DNA of 64,000 bases, taken from assembly GCA_000165425.1 (NCBI GenBank), contig CT868130.1:372001-436000 (forward strand), in the 5' to 3' direction. This DNA comes from Paramecium tetraurelia (Eukaryota). Made by a program: the position numbers and the translations under genes. Each line of letters opens with the position of its first letter. Position 1 is the stretch's first letter. The notes under the pieces were generated by a model. It worked only from the letters and a program-made list of their open reading frames with translations, ran no database searches and had not been told where the DNA came from. Shown here piece by piece: positions 1 to 11,700 of the stretch.

Positions 1-2909
1 TTACATCCTCCTGATGCAATTAGAAAGTTTTGACATGGACTAATTAGTATTCTATAGAGTGTCATACCTTATTTAGGACATATGAATTGTTTATTTTTAG
101 AATTCATACTCTTACTTGAAATAGACATAATAGAATTATCACCAAACAGAACCACAAATTCATCTTTCTTATCTGCTACACACACATATTTTAAGTTTAG
201 AAAAGGCAAAGGAGCAATTGGTTTAAATTCTAAATAACATTTGCTATATTTCCATAGTTTGATTTCATTAGGATGCACAGTAATCAAGTTTTCAGCATTT
301 AAAGGTAAGATTTATAAGATCTTAGGAGTTTATGTTGGATCATCTTCATTTGTTGCTAAATCAACTTCGACCAAGACGATGTTATGAGTAGAAGAATTAG
401 GTCGAATACTCATTTTACTGTGTGATAACATACGTTTTGAAAAACGCTTCAAAGCACCAGCCAGTTTATTCATATTTCTTTCCCAGAGACCACCTGTCAA
501 TCTCAATGCCTTTATTTCCTCTTATTATTATGTTTATAAAGATTAATTCTGTTGTAGTTTTTATCTTTCTCTTTCATCTGCTAAAAAGAATTAATCCACA
601 ATTTCACTAATCTACCTTTGTAATTCCTTTCTTTCTCTTTCTTCATTATATTATAGTGCCATTTATTAATCTACTTCATCTTTAACCAAAAATTCTTAAT
701 GATGTTATTTAAATTAATCTAAATTCTGATGTCTCACTAGTTTAAGTAGTCTTATCATTTTATCAAATGCCTCCTTTCTCGAGGTGGAACTCAACTTAAT
801 CTTAATTTTCTATTCAGTTGTGTCTTCAATAGATCTACACTCTTTTTCAACCTTTTTCAATTATTTGATTATGTATTTCATATATTTCATTCTCTTTTTC
901 CTTTGTTCACTTTTCAATACTGAAATTTCATGAGTTGTAGTTTATTGTACTCCATGTCTACGCTTAATCTTTTCTCTTATGTGATTAATATACCAATCTA
1001 AACTATCAGTTTTATGATTTGGATGAACAAAGTGTGCACACTCCTGGCAGCATAACTTTTATAGAATTCTGCATTCATTTTCATGACACACTACATCTAA
1101 TTTGCATTCCCTATTATTTTCATGTGGAAATGGTCTTGGCCTTATGTAATTGATTGACTTTGTTTAGCCATCATTCTAATCCTCATCATCTTATTATAGT
1201 AATCCAGCATTTTAATTATTAATATAATCCTGTTCATAAGCTTTTCTCATTATTCTAATCTATTTATTTTAATTCTCAAATATGTTATTATGTACTTCCT
1301 AACAAATATTAACAAATTAATTTAATGATTTTTGTTTGTATTATAAAATGCTGTAAATAAAATATTTATATAAAACATAATTTCAATAGCAATCAGTGAT
1401 ATATATTTTTCATATCTTCTATTATTTTTTCAACTCCTCATCGCTATCAAGATCAATTATTTTATTTTTTTCAGTATACTGCAATAAGGATTCTATCAGA
1501 ACCTTAATTGAATATAATATTTCATTTTTATCTGTCTTCTCTACAGGTTTATTGGATTTCTCTTGGCATATACTCAGAATCATAAGTAAACTATTGCTAG
1601 TTTATTTTGACTCCTCAAATATTGTTTTTAAATCAACCAAATACTTTGAACGCTCCTAATATACTAATTCAAGCATTTTCTAAATTATCTCAGCTTCACA
1701 ATATGCTGTCTGGTTTAGGACTGATGTTCTACAGAAATTGTTTAATTAAGTGAAACTAGTTACACTATAAAGGTCAATAAGGGGTTTTTAAATGAACTAA
1801 AAATATTTCCTTAATAATGTATCAGAAGTATCAAATTTAAGGTTTCCATTTCTTAATTTTATCAAATTTATTATTTACGGAAATCCTGTTTTATCCTTTA
1901 TCATTTTGGCTATTACTTCCTTCAACACTATGACTATATTAACCTTATGATTTCTATTTTATTATCTTCTCTCAGTCATTTATTATGAAGTCTCTAATAA
2001 TTAATTGAACAGAGCTTTCAATCGATTGATTTAAGGAGAACTTTAAATTTTTGATGTTTATGTCAGCAAATTCCTGATTTGACTTTAATTGACTTCAATT
2101 CCTTTCATTACTAGAACGGATAATGTTGAATCAATTAAATCTTATTCAGGTATCTCTAAATATTGTTTGTAATATTGTAATTTTAATTCTAAAAGACCTT
2201 GTTCTGCTAATGATACATTATTGTATCCCAATTCTTCAGCCACCTTCTTTACTTACACAATTGACAATATGGTTCTTTCTAGATTTTAATCTATTCTTAA
2301 TTTCATCTGGTCTCCTGTCAAATATAAACAATTAATGAAACAAGGTAAGGGAATCTGCTCCTGATTACAAACAGCAATTAAAATGAATATAATTCTCTCG
2401 TTGTGCTATAACAAATAGATTAATGTTGGAGGCTGATTAATTTGATAGAGTTTAGTTGATATTGGATGCTAAATTTATTAATCTAGCAAATGTTTGAGAT
2501 GCTCAATATTGACTCTGGTTTTAATTCTTTTCACTACTTCATATATGATATCTTATAAAGTGTACAAGTCATCAGTGTGACTATCAGTAATATGACTAAG
2601 TTCATCAAGGTGTGCTTATGAAAATTCGATAGTATACTCATTATTGATAATTTGGATGAAATTCACAAATTTAGGAAAGGACTTGTCATATTTAATGATA
2701 GCTAATAGTTTGCCTTTTATCTTTTATTCAATGACCATCTGTTCTTTCACAAACTAATCTAATTATTTGAGTATCAATCCAAATTTAATAATGTTCTTTC
2801 TGTCAGGAATATTACCCTCAATCTATTTGACTGATAAAAATTCATTGATGATAGGATCCTGCATTATATCACTCATTTGTTTAAAGATGTGTTTGTAGGT
2901 TGAATACAT
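1..2909 (-). CDS. Uncharacterised large protein: Cys/His (B-box-like) cluster, coiled coil and probable WD40-like C-terminus; runs off the window edge
   Basis: ATG at 2909 (MYSTYKHIFKQMSD...), long frame in code 6. Motif CHENECRILQKLCCQECAHFVHPNH near 1020-1090. C-terminal LISPCQNFLIASGG resembles a WD40 strand. A 22-nt GTC..TAG intron near 355-377 is needed to join the 69..287 ORF frame. Confidence 0.65.
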
Positions 2910-3040
2910 TTAATAATTAAAAATTGAATTGGATCAGAGATGCCTAAATATTTTGGTCTTATTTTCTTGTTTTTATTTATATTCAATTAATAAAATATTA
3001 TTTAAAACATATCTCATTATTTTGATCAAATACATAATAA

Positions 3041-5751
3041 TCATTTCTTTTTAGGTTGTGTTTTTTTTAATTTCTTAATTTCCTCGTCTTCCAACTTGGA
3101 TTTCTACTATTCATTCAAAGATTTATCAAATGCCATATATTTAAATACTTTTCCAGAATGACTAAATGAGGTGCCATTAAATGTGATTTCTACGCCAACA
3201 TCATGGATTCCTGTAGGTAACTCTAATTCCGGAATTTACACCACTAATTTGCTTTTATTTTTGAATATAGCCTTATAATAAATGAGTATTTTGTACCTTT
3301 TAATTAACAGCCATGTTGCCATTAAAAATGAATTAAACTAAAAGAGATTCAGTATTGGCTAAATTTTCTCCATAGACACTCAAATATTGGCCAGTCTTCT
3401 TGAAGAAGTAATTGATTTCTTATTCTTCAGTCTCCAACTATTTCTAAACTTCATCTTTCTTCTTTTATAAATCAGCTCCTTATAAATCCTTTAAGTGGTC
3501 GATCTCCTATTCCTCTTAATGAATTAATTATTTCTTCTGTTCCTCTGGTAATTTTTCATCAACAAGAAAAGGACCCAGACGCAAGACTTCTGGATCAATA
3601 TAGTAAAATGTTCCAATAGGTATCCATTCAATACCAGAAAGTGTTAATAAAGCAGTGACTCCATTTGCTTTAACAGCATTAAGCAATTCTGGAGTAGGTT
3701 GTTATCCACCTAAGAGCCATGATAAAGGAGGGGCAACAAAGGAATAAAATCTATCCTGCTTATCCCACATGATTTCAATTAGTCTTTCTCCAAATAGTGT
3801 CTTAAAGATCACTCTTTTATTGGTAGTATCAAAAAAGCCATCTCCAATTATTTTAACAGAAGCTCCTCCTTCAGACATAACATTATCTGGTTGCAATTCC
3901 TTTATTTAAATATCATAAAATCTAAAGACCATAGGGTTACCAGTAAATTATTATCCATTGATACTTACATCAACATTAAAATTAAGACTGTCTGTTTGTA
4001 ATTAACTTACATTAGGAATGGTACATGAGATCTTTCCTTTTTCATAAAAGCCTTCAACACACATCCAATTTTCTTTATCTAACTCAGGATCATTGATACT
4101 GAGATCTAGAGGATTCAATGGTTTGTTAGTGCTTTGTTTCATAGCAGATTTATCTTCCTTCTTCTTATTTCTGGGTTAGAATCCAATATTTAAATGTTTC
4201 ATATAAGAGGCAGTCAAATCATCTATATTGATATTGATAATGAGTGTTGTTCCACCTTGAATGGATGCACATTTAGGATAGAGTGAAGAGATAACAATTT
4301 TGGATGAATACACTAGGAACTTCTACTCACATTCAACATACACATTACCATCAAGAGTGACTTCGACTACACATTCAACTGGATATTTATCAAGATGCTC
4401 TTCAAAATTTGGAGTTGTACATCTGAAACTGTCAGTTAACGAATCATATTCACATCCAACTTCAGTATATTAATCTCCTAATTTGAATCTTGCACTTTAT
4501 CTGCCAGTATCACAGAACCCTGTACCAATCAAACTAATAATGGTGCCTCCAGTAGAAGGTCCATGATTAGGTTTCATAGAAATTGTTCTTAAGGAAGCAA
4601 AGAAGGCTGCAGCTTATCCATTTGCATACATGTTAGTGAATTTGCGATCTTCCAATACTATTTTTCTTGGTAAATCTACTAATTTATCGTTTTGATGGCC
4701 AAGATTACCTCCACCCCAACTCCAAAGTCCTCCTTTTTGATCAATAGCATATGTAGTATAATATCCACACATAACCTTACTAAATCCAGGCAATTAAATT
4801 CCACTAATATCTTGCATTAATCTTTTAGGATAGTAACTACTCTTCTTATCCTTATCTCCATTTCCCAATTGTCCTCTTTGGTTGAATCCCCAAGTGTATA
4901 ATTCCCCTGTCGATGTAACAGCTGCAGAATGTCCGTATCCTCCTGATATCGAAACCACTTAAAAGGATGTCTCTTAAGGCAGGAACTTTCCTACTCTTAA
5001 TTCACTCTGATTCATAGGCTTTTCAAGTAGAAAGTCTATTCTAGATGGCAATTGTTCTGAAACCTTTCTTCCTGTTCCCAATTAACCAAATCTAGCCTCT
5101 CCCCAACCATACAATGCTCCTTATTAATCTACAGCCAGTGAATGATAGGCCCCACATGCAATCAATTAAATTCTGTTCTTATAAAAGTAACTTAAAAACA
5201 TGGGAGATGCTGCTGTTTCAACATCCTTTCTAATTCCTAATTATCCTTCAAACCCTCTTCCCCAAGCAAATATATCGCCATTGCTTAATGCTAAAGTATG
5301 ATACTCACCACATGCAATTGTATCGACTTTTGAAATTCGTATGATCTTTTTTGGTATTGATAACTCTATTATTCCTCCATGTCCCAATGCTCCGTATTCT
5401 CCGTAACCATAACTGTATATATCTCCTTAGTCACTCAAGAAAACTGTGTGTTTTTTTCCTGTCACTATCGTTTTGATTGATCCCTTGAAATCGAATGATT
5501 ATAAATTGTTTGAATCTTGTGAAAATGTCTAGTCGTACTCATCATGTTCAGGAGAGTGCAATGTCGAAATTATTCTACTATTAATTATAGGCTTACCCTT
5601 GATTATCTAATCCTTCCTCGATTACAAATAATTTCCTACAACCACCGCAAAGACTGCTAATCAGTTTCCCCTTAAATAGTTTCAAGTTTTCCAAACCTCC
5701 TTGAACATCGTCGGTTGTCAAAAACACTTCTCCGAAGGTAGGAAGTTGCAT
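3041..5751 (-). CDS. RCC1-repeat protein with C-terminal IPT/TIG (Ig-like) domains
   Basis: [10 protein letters not shown] start. Repeats [77 protein letters not shown] starts [55 protein letters not shown]. Stop KKK-TGA at 3041-3043; short introns. Confidence 0.85.
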
Positions 5752-5768
5752 TAAATAATTTTAATTAA
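5752..5768. promoter_or_regulatory. 17-nt all-A/T spacer between divergent start codons (putative bidirectional initiation region)
   Basis: CAT(5749-5751)-TAAATAATTTTAATTAA-ATG(5769-5771). Confidence 0.5.
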
Positions 5769-8700
5769 ATGTTAAGAGGAGGAGGAGCATGTGCCAATAC
5801 ACGTCCCTAATAGTCAATGCAAATGAGTACTCTACTCATTTCCAACTAGTTCGAGAGCATACTCTCAAGTAATATATAGTACATCTCAAAAAATGCAGAG
5901 GATACATAAAACAATTATAAAGAATTGCATTCCAGTCTTTAAGCATTATTATCACTTGATTATGAATTAAACAATCTAATAAAGTCCTAAAATTAGCTTA
6001 ATAAACAAATTGCTAATCTAGAGAAAAGTCTGTAGTCTATTTTGGAATCGTGCCTTTAACTCAAAAATCCTTAACTTCGATATTATGCCGTGAAATTTGC
6101 CGAAAAACTTTCTAGAACTATATTTTGGCATTACTGTTCAGCAAAATCGATAAAAGATGGCATGCAACAAAACTATATCAATACTTTTAATAAAATTGAA
6201 GTACTCAACAACAGCGAAGAAGGATTTTACAAAAATTTAACTGAATATGAAATCACTATATCCAAAATGATTTTTACGATATTGCCAAACGATTTTCAAG
6301 AGGGGCTGGAAGTCATCGCTCTATTTGCTAGCATCAACCAAGTTCTAATGAATGCCCTCCCGAAAACAATGAGAGAAACAATCAAGGGGGGTATTGTCCA
6401 ATCAATCAGAGACGCAACCAAAGTTTAATATCGTAAGATCTACAAATAAATCTTTAATATTGACATCATGAAATGGTGGGTCCTCACTGACCTCAAATCA
6501 ACTACGCATACAATCAAAGAGATCATTAGTGAATTGCAAGAATTCCACAAGGAACTGTCTAAATCCGATTACTATGTGTAATAAGCTTGGATCATAGCCA
6601 TCAGTGAAATTGTATCTTATACCCCGAGTCTTTCAGAAGACTAATTGTCAATAGAACAACCAGATATACAAGTATTGCTTGATATCTTTTGTTTAAATAA
6701 AGTCAAGGAGGAATACAGAATTAGCATTAACTAAGCAAAACTTAAATGCACCCAGTGTCAGGGACTCTATGAGAAACTGCCTACATTGACTGTATTGTAG
6801 TAGATTCAAGAATAGATCATTTCGAGAGAACGGTTCTTTAACATACTGTATGATAACAAAGAGGAAATTAAGGAGTAATAGAAATAGGAGACAAGTGTTA
6901 AAACCATTTTCGAATATTTATTCACCTTGTTTATTGATTGCGATATTGAAATCAATATTGATCTAATACGAAAAGTAAATTAATAATATATTGAAATTAA
7001 TGAAAACATTTAATTAATTAAACAAATAAGTTTAAATAAATGGATCAGGATGTTAGAATCTAAATAATACTCAGATCCAGTTGTTTTTGGCGAGTTTGAA
7101 TAAAAATAAAAATAAATTAAGCATTTAATTAACAAAGTGAAAGGAATCTAAAGATTTCTTATTTAATTGGATTTCATATTCTCTCAATGGAATCTATTAG
7201 AATAAATTGCAGAATCTGATTAAAAGTAAGAAACTCAATTGGCAGTATTCCTAGAAAACAAGCAAAATCAATTGAATTGCCAATAAATAAGTTAAATGAA
7301 TTTGGAGAATTTGAAAGAACTGCTCTTATTAAATATCAATTTTGATGTCTATTTTGCAATACTGACCGAATTTGTTGAAAGACAATATACAGCTGTATAT
7401 CAAGTTGTTTAAAGCACTTAGTCTACTGATCCAGTATTATAACTATATAAGCAATATAAAGATGTGCAAGACATCGTTTAATCAAGTTTTCGTAAAGTAA
7501 ATGAAAAAATTTTATAATTTAAAGAAATATTTTAACATATTTCTGAGAAGTTGAAACAAATTGAATACAATTGCATTTTGAAGTTTTATCATGTCTCATT
7601 GAAATTGTAACATCTGGATCTACCCAATCAGTAATTCGAATTCAGAAACCAAGATCATTAAACACTGTTCTTTATACAAAATTATGAAAAACAGATTTTG
7701 AAAACCTAAATGATTGAATTGCACAAGGAATTTAAAGAATTTGTAGCCAGCAGTCAATTTTAGGATTATGATTAAGCCAAGATCTATCTATAAACGATTT
7801 AATAAATATGCAAGTTTATGGAAAGTTTATTGCATTAGAACAAAAAACTATTCTAGCATTTACATAATTTTAAATAATCCTTATAAATCGAGTCTGCTCA
7901 TGGAAAGTTTAATGATTTACTTAATTTATGGACTATGATCTTGCAAACAACAACCGAACTTGATTCATAATAATTTGATTAAGCAGTCTTCCTTGTCAAA
8001 TTTGATTAATTGTAACAAAAGTAGGAGTAAATAATAAAACTCAATCAATAGATAAGATGGCCTTTCAATTAGTATTTGTCATAATACTTCAAAATGCTTA
8101 CTCAATTAGATACTATTTTCTAAGAATTGAAAACATTTAAGACTTATGATTCCACTGCTGATCCAAATACATAAAATAGGTATGATAGCCTGAGATTGAA
8201 TCTTAAATAAATATGCCAAAGTCAAATTCAAAGAATTAAATCAACTCTCGAATAGTACAATCAAGGAGTTGATCAATTACAAAATAAATTAGATAATCAA
8301 AGTCATTTATCGATCGAGGAACTGTTATCCTAATTAGTCAATATGCAAGAGGCTTTAGATGAAACTTTGAATTTGATTTAAACAAGACTGACTCAACCCT
8401 AATCCTAATAAAATGTTGGATCTTTAAACTTAATTCAAAATCAAAGATTAACAGATTTCGAAAATCTATATAATTATAAAATAAATACAGATTCTATCTA
8501 AGTGGCATCATATATAAAATTTAATTATAATTTCATAGAATAGAATGCAATTATGGAATCACTAAGATTAGATTTAAATGATGATATCAATCACCACGTC
8601 GTTTAATCAGGGATTGTCTCTGCACCCATTAGAATTGTAATGATTACCAATTTAATCAATATTTGGAATTGTTGTATAGGACAGGAAGAGTTTGATATAA

Positions 8701-11700
8701 TAAGTAAATTGATTTTGCAGATGCGACTAAATGAATCCAATCAAATGATTAAAAAAGAGATTAAGACCACTTATAAAAAAGAGTTTGGATATATTATTGA
8801 TAATATATTTCAAATCCTATTGCCAAGTGTTGAGGAGGATTTAAGATTGAAAATCAAAGAAAGGAATTAATTATCATTCTAAATTAAGTATGAGCCATCC
8901 TTTGAAAAATCATAGAACTTGAATGAAAAACTCAACAATCATACAAACTAAATTTCCACGATATTTACCAACTTGTAGGAATTAGAATAAGAATATAATT
9001 ATCGCATTCCCTTTTATGAGTAATTAATGAATGAATTCAAAAAAGCAGATTAAAGTACCTCTACTTTAGATGTCTCAGAGATCAAATTCTACTAAGGAAA
9101 GTAATTAACTGAGCTATTTCTATTGCGTATGGATTAGGTATCTAGAATGATCAAGATTTAATAAGTGAAAAATGCTTATGTCGAATTAGAATGTTAGAAG
9201 AAAAATGAGATTAAGAAATTGTTGTCCAAAAAGGATAATAAAAATGGTATTATTGATAAATTCTTAGAGGATTAACAATCATATTAGTTGTTGGTTTTAT
9301 AAGGGGAGGCTGGATCTGGTAAAAGCTTAGCCATTAGAATGATTGAGGAATCAGTTTGGAAGCGAAATGATGCCATTAAAATTATACCGATCATCATAAA
9401 GTTGTCAGAATTGAAGGATCCTATTCATAATGCAGTCACAGAGACTCTGAGATCTTTGAATTATAAATTTGACTTGGCTCAAATAGAACAATTATAAAAA
9501 GATGTGAATTCAAATAAAATGCAGATGTTGTTCATTTTTGAAGAATATGATAAACTCAGTCAAGATCAAATAGGAATCAATCTATTTAAGTCCAATAATC
9601 TCAATCAATGGAAAACACCATCTTTGTAGAAATCTCCTAAATATATTATTGCAACTAGAAGTGAATTATTCAAATATGCCAATCATCTAAGATGGATAGA
9701 TAGTAATGAAGTTGATTACAACTACTAAAATTATTGGAATCTTAAAATTATGCCATTTGATTTGGATTAAAAAAATTAATTTCTTATTAAATATTAAGAG
9801 TTAATTATTAGAAACACTGTTATAGATTTTTATTAGATAATGTGTGAATTTGAACATCAAGATCTATTGATTCAGAACTTCATATCCTTATGGAAAAAAA
9901 TTGATATCAATTTTAATGAATTAAGCATGGAAACTTCCTTAATATCACAACCAACAATAACCAAAATTATTAATGCTTTGAAACAAGAACCAAAAATTAA
10001 AAATGGCAATGAAGTTGCATTCCAACAATTATAAAAGGCTTTAGAATAATTAAAATCCTGTTATTATTATTAAAGGATGTTGGAATAATTAAACTTTTAA
10101 CAACCTATTGACAATCCCTAAATTTTGAATGTTTTTTATACAGCACTACCCAAATTATTGTAGAATATGTCAAATATTTAAAGAATAAAGAAGGAATATT
10201 ACGACATTTATTTTAATGATACATATGCTATCAATTGTGATATATCACTTTGTAATTCTCAGATCGAAAAAGATTGGAATCAATTAGTTAATAGTTCATT
10301 CTTTAGATTTTATAAAGCTGATGAACCAATCACTAAGATTTAAATACTTTTAGCACAAAATTTCGGTGAGGATTAACAATTTTAGAATAAAGTCTTAAGA
10401 ATCTTTGAGAAAATGAGTATCACTCATTATGACCTATATGAGCAATATCTAACGAATTTCTTTGATACTGCATTAATTCACATACAAATAAGTCAAAAGA
10501 GCATTGATTTGGAAGCATTTTAACAAGAATAATGGAACTTCTGTTTGAATTTGGCATAAAAGTTATCCTAACATGAGATTTTCACTATTCATTTTAATAG
10601 CAAGGGTTCTTTAATCAAAGTAGGAGGCTCTGTAACTGAATGGGAAGAGTACTTCAATGATGACGAATATGTTTAATAAAATACCAAATTTTCAAAAAAA
10701 TTACTAAGGAGTTCCATACCATTAAGAGAATAATTTTCAATTTATGCTTTTGAGAATAAAATTATCTAAGAATTCTTAGTAGCCAAGGCTGTAATCACTT
10801 AATTAGAAGCATTGGAAACCTAATCAATTGACGAAGTGATGGCAAATAGCATTTTAAAGTTTAAGACAATTTCTAATCAATTTTTTTAAGGAACAGTTAA
10901 CTTTTTAGTTTAAAAATGCAGAAACAGGTTTAGTCTTAAATAGTAACTAATCTCACTCGTTAGATCCTCAGCTTAAGGCTAATAATATAGCATATTAGCA
11001 TCCAACGCTCTTTATTTATTACAATGTATTGATGGAGTGATTAAAGGTCTAGATTTATAAGGTATTAGATTAAAAGATATCCCTATTGATAATTGTCATT
11101 TTTATAATTGTAATCTTCAAGGATCAGAGTGGACAAATATATCTGTTAACTCTCTAACATTAATGAAGAATAACATGAAAAACATGAAATGCTAAAATTT
11201 CAAATTGAACACTTATTCAATTAAAAACACAGTATCCAATCCTAAGTTCATAAGATAATTTAAATCTGGGAAGTCATTTCTGATTAATGAAAATGGTATT
11301 TAGAATTTAAAGGGTGGTACTATTATACAAGGCAAATTTGATATTTGTTCAATAGATGAAATTAAAAATAGATTTTATGTTAAAACAAGTTTATCAGTTT
11401 ATGTTTTGCATGAATAGAATGAACAGATAATAGCAGAAGAATTAAAAATTCCTAATGTTCATTCAATTTCAGAATTTGATTAATTTATAATGCTATTTTA
11501 ATTGAAGAGTGATGTTGATGCAACAATATTTGAGTTAAATGGAAATACTAATGAAATTAAATACTAAATCCCTATTGATTTAAGTGTTGTTAAACATTAC
11601 AATATCAAAAAGTACTTTTAAATGTATGGTAATCAGATTCTGTTTTAAACTAATGCTAAATAAGTCTCCAGTATGCATTATTAAATTGAAAATGATTAAT

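Noticed and set aside
422..2335. Plus-strand ORF-track entries 422, 1396 and 2123 (likewise 14405, 18273, 22145, 25791, 33332, 37458, 39001, 41302, 44590, 46118, 46728, 47985, 55108, 60362, 60741)
   Set aside because: Antisense shadows of real genes on the opposite strand; no motifs.
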